This document shows positions 1 through 9,178 of a stretch of DNA of 64,000 nucleotides, one piece after another. The translations under genes were made by a program, and so were the position numbers. Positions within the stretch are counted from its first letter, which is position 1; each line of letters begins with the position of its first letter. Origin of the DNA: PVC group bacterium (GTDB lineage: Bacteria; Auribacterota; Erginobacteria; Erginobacterales; Erginobacteraceae); contig JAZDIV010000043.1 of assembly GCA_043804695.1 (NCBI GenBank), forward strand, positions 9,027 to 73,026. The letters are read 5' to 3'. Under the pieces are notes generated by a model. That model saw nothing but the letters and a program-made list of their open reading frames with translations, had not been told where the DNA came from and did no database searches.

Positions 1-719
1 ATTAAAAATGCCGCCAGGCTTCCCGCCAGGGGAGCGCAGGTAAAGACGATAAAAATATTCCCGGTCGTCGCCCCCAGCGCCACCAGGGTCAGGCAGGCGA
101 TCAGGGCGACGCCGGTGGCCAGGCCGTCCAGTCCGTCGATAATATTGAAAGCGTTGATCAGGCCGACAATCCAGAGAATGCTGATGATCACACCGAGGTT
201 GGGGTTGAGTTCAACCTGGCCGACCAGCGGTATATAGAAGGACTCAATCACGCAGCCGGTGGCGCAGATGAAAATGGCGATGGCGAACTGGCCCAGAAGC
301 TTGACCCGGGCCCGCATCCCCCTCAGGTCGTCGAGGAGGCCCAGCGCCAGGATGGCGATCCCCCCTGCCGCCAGGATGATAAAACTGCGGCTGAAGGAAG
401 CCCGGCCGAAGGCAAAACTCATCAGAGGATCAAGCCAGGACGGGTTCAGTCGGTAAATCAGTTCCCAGTTACGGACGATCAGCGAGCCGGCCAGGCCGGA
501 GCAGACATAAAAGACAAGCACCGGGACCGAGATCCCCAGGCCGCCCAGGAGAGGTACCTCGGACCACGAGACCCGGCGGTACCCGCCCCGGTCGATCGCC
601 CCGGTTTTCCGGGCCAGCAGCTTGATCAAAGGGGTCATGGCCGCGGTCAGCGAGCCGAACAATAAAAAGAGTACGACCAGGACCAGGGGATTTTCCAGAT
701 ATTGCGGTAACTCAATCAC
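1..719 (-). CDS. Polyprenyl-phosphate HexNAc-1-phosphate transferase (MraY/WecA/WbpL family initiating transferase); C-terminal part cut by window edge
   Basis: The minus-strand frame is open from the window edge to GTG at 719..717. This is my own translation; the ORF is absent from the track because it runs off the window. Sequence: VIELPQYLENPLVLVVLFLLFGSLTAAMTPLIKLLARKTGAIDRGG...SILWIVGLINAFNIIDGLDGLATGVALIACL. The NxxNxxDGxDGL motif plus repeated TM segments are diagnostic of the MraY/WecA family. The GTG overlaps the stop of the upstream gene by 8 nt. Confidence 0.8.
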   Translation of the reverse strand, partial: MIELPQYLENPLVLVVLFLLFGSLTAAMTPLIKLLARKTGAIDRGGYRRVSWSEVPLLGGLGISVPVLVFYVCSGLAGSLIVRNWELIYRLNPSWLDPLMSFAFGRASFSRSFIILAAGGIAILALGLLDDLRGMRARVKLLGQFAIAIFICATGCVIESFYIPLVGQVELNPNLGVIISILWIVGLINAFNIIDGLDGLATGVALIACLTLVALGATTGNIFIVFTCAPLAGSLAAFL

Positions 720-2406
720 GTTCGGACGCCTCGAAACTCACGCTCCCTCCACAGGGAGCCCGGCCATACGTCACGACAATCTGCTTGGCGGAAAACCGGA
801 CACCGAAATCAGGCATGTACCACGCATCCTGAATGTCGATTTCGGCCACGGTCTCCATTTTCACCTTCACTGCACCGGCCACTATATAGCACACATTATC
901 CCGGAGAAAAACGTCATTATCGGGATGGCAGAGGAACCTTCCCTTCACGATCTGTCCCCGGCCGCCCTCCACCCGGTCCTCGATTTTCAGCCGGCCTCCC
1001 GCGCTTTCTATCCTCCGCCGGTGAACGGGGCGTCCGGCCAGATGCCGGAAGCCATTATGTGAGCCTTCAAAGACAAACCGGCCGCCGGCTTGGGAGCAGT
1101 GGTGCAGCCGGGGCCGGGCCCGCCGCCCCGCCCGGAACGATTTCCAGAACTCACACTGGTCTCTATCATCCACGCTGACCGTGTTGTGGGATCGGGTGCT
1201 CCGGGAGTATTCCCTCATCTCCCCCCCCCGGTACTCGCACACCCCGGCATCCACGAAGATGCGCCTGCCGCCGACATCCCATTCAAACGCCAGCAGGTCG
1301 CCGTGCCCGTGAGCGGGAAGATAATCGGGACCGATATCGCCGCAGTCCACCAGAAGGTACTCGTCTCCCTCCCGGAACCCATAATAACCGGCGGCCTTCA
1401 GCTCGATCCGCTGCTCCGGCACCGGGGGGGGACCGATCAGTTCGCGGTAGACATCCAGGCATTCCCGGGGCTGGTAGGTCATGTGCAATCCGCCGTCGTT
1501 GAAGAGGCTGATCAGGCCGTCGGGATGTGTCAGCTGCCCGGTAACCCGGGCCATGCGGCGAAGCACCCCGGCCAGCTCTCTCTTCTCTCCGGGAGAGCCG
1601 TCGATTACCCGGTAGCACTCCAATAGATCCGCGAAGACCTGGAGATGATAAGCCGGGCTGCGCTCGTAGTGCATCCCATCGGGAAGAATCTGCTCCTGAA
1701 GCTCGCGGTATAAGATCTTCTTTCCCGCCGCCGGCCAGCGTTCACTCTCGGCCCCTCTGAAAAATCGCCCTGCCCAGATGAGGGTCTTACAATTCTTAAG
1801 CAGATGGTTCCCCTTCAGGTCCTTTTCCAGGTTATGACGCAAAAACCTGATCTGACGGCATAGTGACGAGAGAAGACCCTTCCGGGTTTCTTCATCCAGC
1901 CTTTTCCATCTGAGAGCGTACTGCTGCATCCAGACGAGACAGCGAATGGAAATGCTGTAACTGTTCCAGCTGTCCATCCAGTATCCCTTCCCGTAAAGCC
2001 GGTTCTGTCGGATCCAGTCCCGGACGGCGACGACGAACATTTCGTCGTCAAAGGCTTCCAGGTATTCCATGTAGTGAAGGTTCATCAGCTCCAGCTGGTT
2101 TTCCTTCTTCCAGGCCGGCCGGTGCCAGTTCATGGGGACGGTGAAAGGAACACTGAGATTCAAAAAATGGAGAGTCTTGTCCTTACCGGCAAGGTGGTTC
2201 CTCGGAGGAAAGAGAGGCGGCGGCGGTTCCCCCGGAGAAAGAACCGGGCGCCGGCAAGTGGCAGCAACGGCTCCGGCGGCGGCGGCGACGGCGGAACAGG
2301 AAAGAAGTTTTCTTTTTAGCAACAGGCGGAAACGGGCGGCCAACTGGGAGGGGAGGCTATATCGAAGCGAATACCAGTACAACCGGATTTTTTTCAGCCT
2401 GTTCAT
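712..2406 (-). CDS. Heparinase II/III-like family protein (polysaccharide-locus type)
   Basis: 564-aa ORF with ATG start checked. DGMHYERSPAYHLQVFADLLE, PAHGHGDLLAFEW and RSHNTVSVDD resemble the heparinase II/III-like C-terminal domain that recurs in O-antigen/EPS clusters. Confidence 0.7.
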   Translation of the reverse strand: MNRLKKIRLYWYSLRYSLPSQLAARFRLLLKRKLLSCSAVAAAAGAVAATCRRPVLSPGEPPPPLFPPRNHLAGKDKTLHFLNLSVPFTVPMNWHRPAWKKENQLELMNLHYMEYLEAFDDEMFVVAVRDWIRQNRLYGKGYWMDSWNSYSISIRCLVWMQQYALRWKRLDEETRKGLLSSLCRQIRFLRHNLEKDLKGNHLLKNCKTLIWAGRFFRGAESERWPAAGKKILYRELQEQILPDGMHYERSPAYHLQVFADLLECYRVIDGSPGEKRELAGVLRRMARVTGQLTHPDGLISLFNDGGLHMTYQPRECLDVYRELIGPPPVPEQRIELKAAGYYGFREGDEYLLVDCGDIGPDYLPAHGHGDLLAFEWDVGGRRIFVDAGVCEYRGGEMREYSRSTRSHNTVSVDDRDQCEFWKSFRAGRRARPRLHHCSQAGGRFVFEGSHNGFRHLAGRPVHRRRIESAGGRLKIEDRVEGGRGQIVKGRFLCHPDNDVFLRDNVCYIVAGAVKVKMETVAEIDIQDAWYMPDFGVRFSAKQIVVTYGRAPCGGSVSFEASERD

Positions 2407-2458
2407 AAATCATCCGGATTATCAGTTAGTGTTCAACACGTTATAAATAACAACACCG

Positions 2459-2690
2459 TTTAGGAGCCTGCAATACTATGTTTTTTCCTTCCCGCTAGGC
2501 CGACACTTTAATTCTACGGGCAATAATGCACATAATACCAGATTAAAATTAACAAGTCCCTGGAGTATAATACGATCAATAAATGATTACACCACTATCC
2601 ACGCCATCTCTGGCATTGTTCAAAAATAACCCGATTTATGCCTGCCTGCCGCAGGCAGGCATAAATCGGGTTAGAGTCTGAAATATCCCT
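2459..2690 (+). repeat. Copy 1 of a ~215-bp dispersed repeat with an internal TATAAT and a terminal long hairpin (partner at 42415..42625, inverted)
   Basis: By-eye alignment to the reverse complement of 42415..42625 gives long identical blocks (aggagcctgca, ctttaattctacgggcaat, aaattaacaagt, gtataatacgatcaataaat, atctctggcattgttcaaaa, aacccgatttat...ataaatcgggtta). It ends in a near-perfect 45-nt palindrome at 2628..2672. Confidence 0.85.
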
Positions 2691-2776
2691 TGCTGAAGAA
2701 TATCCGGGTGGATACGATACGTCCGAGCCGGGAGCCTCGGTGAACGGTTTCCGGGCAGGCTTTTGGAGAACGCCTG

Positions 2777-3544
2777 ATGGGGAATGCCCTGACGACAACC
2801 GAGAAGTGGGAGAAGGAATGGAAAGATTTCCCCCTCCCGGCTATTGAGAAGCCTCCGCATGATCTGCGATCCCTCCTGGAGACCCACCTGCCCGCTGGAT
2901 CAGATTACCGCCTGATCGAGATCGGCTGCGCGCCGGGGCGGTGGATGGCTTACTTCAGCAGGAGCCACGGGTATTCGGTTGCGGGGATTGAATACGGGAA
3001 AGAGGCGGCGGACCTTACCCGCCGCAATATGAAGATGCAGGGCATTCCGGCCGAGGTGCTGGCCGAAGATTTTTTCCGGGCTGACATCGATCCCGGCAGC
3101 TACGATGTCGTCTTCTCCGGAGGTTTCATCGAGCATTTCCGGGACCTGCCGGCGGTGGTGGAGAGAATCTGCGCCCTCTCCCGCCGGTACGTGGTTACCC
3201 TGGTCCCGAACCTCTACGGGGTGAACGGGCTGATCAGCAAAGCAGTCAGGCCGGCGGTGTACGCGGAGCACACGCCCATCGATAGACGACTCCTGGAGCG
3301 TTTGCATGCCGGCTGCGGCGTGGAGACGTTGTTCTGTAACTACGTCGGCGGGGCGCGGCTGATTATGCCTGGCGCCAAGAACGCTTTCTTCGAGAAACAC
3401 CGCTGGTGCGGACGTGCTCTCAACGCCCCGGTCCGGGTATTCAACCGTCTCTCCGAGGCGGCGAGCCGGGCCCTGGGCACGATCCCGAGAAGCCGCCTCC
3501 TCTCCGACAGTCTGCTCTATATCGGGAAAAAGACCGGCCCGTAA
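2777..3544 (+). CDS. Class I SAM-dependent methyltransferase
   Basis: 255 aa. Motif I is LIEIGCAPGRW, with later VVFSGGFIEHF. GGAGA lies about 8 nt upstream of the ATG. Confidence 0.85.
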   Translation: MGNALTTTEKWEKEWKDFPLPAIEKPPHDLRSLLETHLPAGSDYRLIEIGCAPGRWMAYFSRSHGYSVAGIEYGKEAADLTRRNMKMQGIPAEVLAEDFFRADIDPGSYDVVFSGGFIEHFRDLPAVVERICALSRRYVVTLVPNLYGVNGLISKAVRPAVYAEHTPIDRRLLERLHAGCGVETLFCNYVGGARLIMPGAKNAFFEKHRWCGRALNAPVRVFNRLSEAASRALGTIPRSRLLSDSLLYIGKKTGP

Positions 3545-3733
3545 ACGTATAATGATATAGTGGCTGCAGCCATGATTCACTCTGGCAATCGAATGGAGTG
3601 GTGGAGTGATGGAATGTTGGAGTGTTGGAATACCGGGGCGCCGGGGCCGGCGCTCCATCACTCCAGTATTCCCTGATCTGAAGCAGTACATCACTCGTCA
3701 TCATACGATACCCGGGAATTAAAACTAAAGACC

Positions 3734-5038
3734 ATGAACAAGGGCATCAAGGACCTCTTCTTCAGTTTCGGGGCCAAGACCATTACCATCATCTCCGCCC
3801 TCGGTGTTCAGGTCTGCCTGGCCTGGTTTCTGGGGACAAGCGGTCGGGGCTCCTACGCCGTCTGCATCCTCTTCTCCGGACTCCTCGGTATTATCTTTTT
3901 CATGGGGTGCGAGCTGGCCGGCGTGTACTTCGTCTCCTCGAGACGATTCAGCCTCTCCGAGGGGGTTATCTATACCCTCATCTACGGCGTGGTCGGCTCG
4001 GTCCTGGCGGTCGCGGCCGGGCTGATTCTGATGCAGTTCCCCCTCACCATCTTTGAGAAGGCGGACCGGCCCGAGCTCTACCTGGCACTGGCCTCCATCC
4101 CGGGTTTCCTTTTTTTTACCGTCTTCAGCCAGCTCTTTACCGCGATCCGCCAGTTCGGCTGGTTCTCCGCCGTTACCCTTCTCCGGGGTCTCTGCCTCCT
4201 CGTCTTCACCCCCCTCTTCCTCTGGGTACTGGACGCCGGGACGCCGGGGGCGATCATGGCGATCATCGCCAGCGATCTGGTGGTCGTGGTTGTCTGTCTG
4301 CTTGTCTTCCGGCGGAAGTTCGGTCTCCTGAACGTCCACCCCCGGCTGAAAAACCTTCTGGCAATGCTTCACTACGGCGCCCGCTACTGCGTCGGGGTCA
4401 TCAGTAACCAGTTCAACTTCCGGATCGGCACCCTGATCCTGGCCTTCTTCGCCACCAAGGAAGAGATCGGGATCTACGCCTTGGCCGTCGGCCTGACCAT
4501 CCAGATACAAATCCTCCCCGACGCGGTCAAGACCGCCCTCATCCCCCGGTCAGCCAGTGACGAAGCAGGGAGGAAGGAATTGGTGGCCCAGTGCGCTCGC
4601 CTGACCGCCCTGATCTCTTTCCTCATGCTTCTGGGGTTTATCCTGCTGGCAAAACTCTTTCTCACCATCATCTTCCCGGAATCGTTCGCGTCGGCCGCTC
4701 CCCTGATCCGGATCCTGGCCTTCGGCTTCTTCATCCGCACGCTGGGGAAGTCGCTGGAGCCGTACCTGATCGGGAGCAACCGGCCGGGGCTGATTTCGAT
4801 CAGCGTGGCCGGGGGGATGGCCGTCAACATCGCCTGCCTCTTCCTCCTCCTGCCCCGGCTCGGACTCCCCGGAGCCGCCTGGAGTGTTGTCTGTAATTAC
4901 CTAGTCAGTTCTGCTATACTGATCTTCAGTTTCAGCCGCCTCTCGGAGATGGACTGGCGGTCGATCTGGCGGCTGCGGGCAAGCGATTTCGCCTTCCTGG
5001 ACGGACTGAAAACCCGTTTTTTCCCGGGGAAGACCTGA
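3734..5038 (+). CDS. Wzx-type oligosaccharide/polysaccharide flippase (MOP superfamily)
   Basis: 434 aa with about 12 hydrophobic segments. It has the typical two-halves polysaccharide-biosynthesis-protein layout and sits in a glycan locus. Confidence 0.75.
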   Translation: MNKGIKDLFFSFGAKTITIISALGVQVCLAWFLGTSGRGSYAVCILFSGLLGIIFFMGCELAGVYFVSSRRFSLSEGVIYTLIYGVVGSVLAVAAGLILMQFPLTIFEKADRPELYLALASIPGFLFFTVFSQLFTAIRQFGWFSAVTLLRGLCLLVFTPLFLWVLDAGTPGAIMAIIASDLVVVVVCLLVFRRKFGLLNVHPRLKNLLAMLHYGARYCVGVISNQFNFRIGTLILAFFATKEEIGIYALAVGLTIQIQILPDAVKTALIPRSASDEAGRKELVAQCARLTALISFLMLLGFILLAKLFLTIIFPESFASAAPLIRILAFGFFIRTLGKSLEPYLIGSNRPGLISISVAGGMAVNIACLFLLLPRLGLPGAAWSVVCNYLVSSAILIFSFSRLSEMDWRSIWRLRASDFAFLDGLKTRFFPGKT

Positions 5039-5092
5039 TATATCATACTATAAGTTCTATTCCGAATCGTTGTGTGGGTTATAAGAATAATC

Positions 5093-5294
5093 AACCACGA
5101 AGATCACGAAGGAGATGTATATAAAACCAACCTCATTACCTCGGCATAAGCCTATACATTCACCACCAATTTAAACATGGGGACTGGTGCTATAATACCG
5201 TGCATCAACCTCAACCTCGCAAAGGCATTAAACCGTGATTGATGTGCCTCATCACTTCTAATCTTCTTGGTTTTTCTTCGTGTTCTTCGTGTCC
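5093..5294. repeat. MITE-like unit bounded by inverted, 9-bp-phased CACGAAG tandem units
   Basis: The left end is aaccacgaagatcacgaagga (5093..5113). The right end at 5268..5294 reverse-complements to ggacacgaagaacacgaagaaaaaccaa. The same phased motif occurs at 12771..12817 and 21585..21614 and flanks the IS at 28782 and 30296. Confidence 0.6.
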
Positions 5295-5367
5295 TGCTGG
5301 TGAATAATAGATGTGGGCTTCCATGCCAAATAGGAAGAGAACCAAACAAAGGTAGACTGAAGACAGA

Positions 5368-6513
5368 ATGATCTCCGTGCTGATAGCGGGAGACCTCTGC
5401 CCCATCGGGAGGAACCTCCCTCTGTTCAAGGAAGGCGACGCCCAGGCGCTTTTCAACGATCTCCTCCCCGAATTCGAGCAGGCGGATCTCTCGATCGTCA
5501 ACCTGGAGTGCCCTTTGATCGGGGAGGAAAGACCGATCAAGAAGGTGGGTCCGGTCCTCGGCGCTCCCCGGGAGTCCGTCAACGGCCTCGAGGCGGCGGG
5601 GATAGACGTCGTCAACCTCGCCAACAATCACATCCTCGACCACGGAGCGGAGGGCCTTGCCAGCACGCTGGAAGCGTGCCGGCAGAGCGGAATCGACTGT
5701 GTCGGGGCGGGCGCTGATATCCGGGAGGCGCGGAAGATCCTGGTCCGGGAAGCGAAGGGGATCCAGGTCGGCATCCTGGCGCTGGCCGAGCATGAGTTCG
5801 GCACCGCCGGCACGAACAGCCCCGGCTCCAATCCGCTCGATCTCATCGACTTCGTCCGCAATGTCGACACCCACCGCCAGGAGTTCGATTGTCTGATCGT
5901 GCTCCTCCACGGCGGGAACGAGCACTACCCCTACCCCCGCCCCCGGTTGATGAATATCTGCCGCTTCTTTGTCGAGCGCGGCGCCGACGCCGTCATCTGC
6001 CAGCAGTCGCACGTTGCCGGGTGCGGAGAGACCTACCGGGGAGGGCACATCGTGTACGGGCAGGGGAACTTCATCTTCGACCTTCCTTCACCCCACCCGG
6101 CCTGGAACCGGGGGGTGTTGCTCGTCCTCGAGATCGACGGGCCGGGCAGATCACGGATGAGAATGGTTCCCTACCGGCAGTCCGACGGCGGTCCGGGCGC
6201 CCGCCGGTTGGGAGCGGAGGAGGAAAAACGTTTCCGGGAGGAATTCACCGCCCGGTCAGAGGAGATCCGGGACCCGGCCGAAGTTGAAAAACGGTGGCGG
6301 GAGTTCTGCCGCGGACAGGAGCGAGCTCTCCTCCATCTGCTCCATGGGAGGAATTCCCTTCTCCGGCGACTGGCGGTAAGAGCAGGCCTTTCCGGCCTGC
6401 TCGATTCAAAAAAGCGCTGTCTGACCCGCCTCCATCTGTTCCGCTGCGAGTCCCTTCGGGAAGCCCTGATCGCCGTCCTGGAGGAGAGATCGAAAATGAT
6501 TCCCGGGGAATAA
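5368..6513 (+). CDS. CapA family (PGA_cap, metallophosphatase-like) protein
   Basis: 381 aa. VVNLANNHILDHG, LIVLLHGGNEHYPYP and CQQSHVAG...GQGNFIF match the CapA/poly-gamma-glutamate capsule protein family pattern. Confidence 0.8.
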   Translation: MISVLIAGDLCPIGRNLPLFKEGDAQALFNDLLPEFEQADLSIVNLECPLIGEERPIKKVGPVLGAPRESVNGLEAAGIDVVNLANNHILDHGAEGLASTLEACRQSGIDCVGAGADIREARKILVREAKGIQVGILALAEHEFGTAGTNSPGSNPLDLIDFVRNVDTHRQEFDCLIVLLHGGNEHYPYPRPRLMNICRFFVERGADAVICQQSHVAGCGETYRGGHIVYGQGNFIFDLPSPHPAWNRGVLLVLEIDGPGRSRMRMVPYRQSDGGPGARRLGAEEEKRFREEFTARSEEIRDPAEVEKRWREFCRGQERALLHLLHGRNSLLRRLAVRAGLSGLLDSKKRCLTRLHLFRCESLREALIAVLEERSKMIPGE

Positions 6514-6520
6514 ACACATT

Positions 6521-6558
6521 AGTAGACAATTTATTTCGATCGAAATAAATTGTCTACT
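6521..6558. terminator. Perfect 38-nt palindrome between convergent genes (candidate bidirectional terminator)
   Basis: The sequence agtagacaatttatttcga|tcgaaataaattgtctact is exactly self-complementary. It lies between the CapA stop (6513) and the family-A gene stop (6564). Confidence 0.6.
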
Positions 6559-6563
6559 GTAAG

Positions 6564-8621
6564 CTACTCGAAGGGCAGCGGCTTCTCCGGCTCGAAGGTG
6601 AAGACGTGCCAAAGCTTCTTCCCCACCCCGTAATCCTGCCGGACAGAATCATTCACCAGTACCGGGGTAAGAGGGAGCGTGCTGTCCCAGATTACATAAC
6701 GGATGTCATTTTCGCGAATCAAGCGAGGTAGATATCCAGGATCATTTTCGGCCTGGAGATGGTCTATAAAAACGATCTTCCTTCTTCCCAGTGCCTTTCC
6801 CTGGGACAGGTGCCCGAAGATGAGATGGCGCTGGTTCTTCTCCCCGATCGCCACCCCGACCGAGTCATCCCCCGCCATGATCATTTCCATGATGGTCCCG
6901 TTCAGGTCGTCCCAGTAGTAGCCGGACGGATACGGCGAGCGGGCGGCCCGAAGCACCCGGAGGGGGCAGATACCGCCAACCTCCTTCCCCCGGAACGTGT
7001 CGAGGAAAGAGACGTGAAGGCGGAGACTGGCGATCGCTTCCCTCCCCGCCAGGAGGCAAACCGCAGCGAACCAGGCATACCCGGCAAACCGCTTCCAGCT
7101 GTTCTTCCCCGCCGATGCGGCCATCCGTCCCGTCACCACGGCCAGGCACGGTAATCCGAGGCCGGCCAGCCAGATGGTGTAGCGGGCCATGTGGTTATGA
7201 TGGCGGGGCATGGCGAAGAACATCACCAGGCAGAGAAAGAAAAGGTCGGGGAGGTAGGCGATCCCCCGGGTCTCCGGCCTTTTCCGGTGCACCACGCATA
7301 TATAGAGAAGCCAGAGGACAGCCGGGATGCTCAACAGCCAGGCAAATCCCAGACCTCCCCATCGGGAGTCGTAGACCAGGACCTCGGGATCGTTGAACCG
7401 GAAGCAGCCGAGCCAGTTGGAGAGCACCCGTTCCGCCTGGGACCAGCCTTCGGTCCCCTCCCGGTATGGGGGCCGGAATTGGGTCGCGGCATTGACGCCG
7501 GGGAAGAGTTGCCGACCCGCAAACGTTACCTCTACCGGATAGAACGGGTTCCCGGTGCGTATCCAGTTCCGCCCCGCCCAGCCGCCGCCCAACCCAAGGC
7601 CGATCAGAATCACGATAACGATAAAGAGCAGGCCGCGGCGAAGGCCGGGGGGGATACCGGACCGGTTCCCGGTTTCTTTCCGGGCCTGATGCCGCGCCAG
7701 AAAAAACCGGACGAGAAGAACCGCTCCCCCGGCCGGGACCAGAAATAGACCGGGGCCCTTGGAGCCGGCCGCCAGACCAAGGGCGAGGCCGAGGCCGGCC
7801 GCTAATCTCCAGGGGATTTTTCCCCTGTCGATCCGTTTCACCGTCCCCAGGAGCAGCGCGAAGAATGCCAGGTAACAGGCCGCGGAACCGGTATCGACCA
7901 TCGCGGTCAGGGACTGGGCGATATTGATGGGAAGATATAAAAACAAGCACCCGGCTGCCAGGGCGAAACCGGACCGGGCGCCCAGGGTCAGGGAGATACC
8001 GGTTATCGCCAGAGCGCCCAGGGGGAGGAAGAGCAGGTTGACACCGTTGAGGAGCCGGCTGCACCCGGTCGCCAGCAGGAAAACAAACTGCACTACCTCC
8101 ACTCCTTTGGGATAACCGTTCCAGGCGAAGGCGCCGACCGGCCCCCAGTGGGGGGAGCCGCCGGTCTCTATCCAGTGAACGCCGCCTTTTTGGAGCCAAA
8201 AGTGAAGTGTAGGGGTATGGTAGTAATTGCCGTCGTAAGAGAAGTCGGGAAGCGCGTAGGCGAGAACCCAGAGCAGAAGATAGAGGGCCAGCGTGACATA
8301 GAAAAACCCGGTCGCGAAAGGACCCGGCGGATCGGGTTTTACGTTATTCCGGCCGCGGCGGACGCTTCTCCGGTACAGCCACCCGGCCAGTGCCGCGAAA
8401 ATAATGAAGACAAAAGCTAACGGTCGAGAGACGGTGATCGAGAAAAGGCTCGCGGCCAGGAGAAGAGCCGTCAACAGGCCGTAGAAGAGGGAAAGACCGG
8501 CCAGCAGGTCAAGAGTCCCCCGCTCACTCCCCGCCAGCAGGCGGGGAGGAGAAAAATTGAATTCGGTGTATTCTATACCCCTCCGCTTCATCATATTTCT
8601 CTTCAGTCTCTTCCCTCCCAT
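6564..8621 (-). CDS. Polytopic membrane protein, putative GT-C-fold glycosyltransferase (family A, copy 1)
   Basis: 685 aa with more than 10 hydrophobic segments. It is a paralog of 16350..18362, sharing PDxxxDG...YHxPTLHFW, WNGYxKGVE, SRLLNGxNL and AMPxxHNHxARYxIWL. The layout (acidic first-loop motif, soluble C-terminal domain) is ArnT/PMT-like. Confidence 0.55.
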   Translation of the reverse strand: MGGKRLKRNMMKRRGIEYTEFNFSPPRLLAGSERGTLDLLAGLSLFYGLLTALLLAASLFSITVSRPLAFVFIIFAALAGWLYRRSVRRGRNNVKPDPPGPFATGFFYVTLALYLLLWVLAYALPDFSYDGNYYHTPTLHFWLQKGGVHWIETGGSPHWGPVGAFAWNGYPKGVEVVQFVFLLATGCSRLLNGVNLLFLPLGALAITGISLTLGARSGFALAAGCLFLYLPINIAQSLTAMVDTGSAACYLAFFALLLGTVKRIDRGKIPWRLAAGLGLALGLAAGSKGPGLFLVPAGGAVLLVRFFLARHQARKETGNRSGIPPGLRRGLLFIVIVILIGLGLGGGWAGRNWIRTGNPFYPVEVTFAGRQLFPGVNAATQFRPPYREGTEGWSQAERVLSNWLGCFRFNDPEVLVYDSRWGGLGFAWLLSIPAVLWLLYICVVHRKRPETRGIAYLPDLFFLCLVMFFAMPRHHNHMARYTIWLAGLGLPCLAVVTGRMAASAGKNSWKRFAGYAWFAAVCLLAGREAIASLRLHVSFLDTFRGKEVGGICPLRVLRAARSPYPSGYYWDDLNGTIMEMIMAGDDSVGVAIGEKNQRHLIFGHLSQGKALGRRKIVFIDHLQAENDPGYLPRLIRENDIRYVIWDSTLPLTPVLVNDSVRQDYGVGKKLWHVFTFEPEKPLPFE

Positions 8622-9178
8622 GGCTAATATAATCCGGCATGGTACAAAATGACCGAAATCACGAATCCAAAACAGCGACCGCGAAGCCTTACTATTGAGA
8701 ACATTTGGAAACTGCCATTCTTGATTTATTGAGGTTTAAGGATTTCTCTCTTGAAAACCTTAAGGCCATGATATAGTTCATAACTCTCGCAAATCGGGAT
8801 AATGAGCATTGAATCGAAGATGCCAATATCTAAGCTCTTCTTGCAAGATGAGATAGATTCCATAATTGAGATTTCGAAACGGTATCAAGTGCAAGTAGTA
8901 ATGTCAAGCCGGCACGGGTGGACTGATAGGGTCCTCACCCTTCCTGGTCGGCATCGGAATGTCTGCGTTTTATCACGGGAAAGATGCGAAGACGGAATCT
9001 CACTGGACAGGATACATCACGAAAAATCGCGGGACTTTAAATCTTCATGCAATATCCCATCATTATCATTACCAGGGCATGCAGTTGATTCCTTATTGAT
9101 TACAATTAGTCGGGAAATATCCGTAAACCAACGCGGGTTCATTTTCCAGATCAGTTAACACGATTATACTCCGCAAAG

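Noticed and set aside
3602-3672. ggagtgatgga / tccatcactcc and ggaatac / gtattcc inverted motifs downstream of the first methyltransferase (related ctccatcattccaatac at about 14.7 kb)
   Set aside because: This is a real short repeat (it gives HSITP-type peptides in spurious ORFs), but the arms are short and arranged non-nested. I could not support a specific structure or function beyond a minor REP-like remnant.
7195-8199. Long alternative-frame or antisense ORFs inside GC-rich genes (also 15503..16393, 15646..16335, 17167..17900, 41195..41962, 45340..46682, 53297..54415, 56043..56903, 3725..4510, 5152..6048)
   Set aside because: All are R/P/G/E-rich low-complexity translations overlapping genes that have paralogs, motifs and sensible starts. 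This is the typical stop-codon depletion of GC-rich DNA.
8802-9158. 118-aa ORF in the 557-bp divergent spacer, and a weak resemblance of 8898..8915 (gtaatgtcaagccggcac) to the REP 25-mer
   Set aside because: The ORF has no motif, no SD and atypical composition, so I treat the region as a non-coding divergent control region. The REP resemblance is only 11 identical nt plus scattered matches and could be chance.
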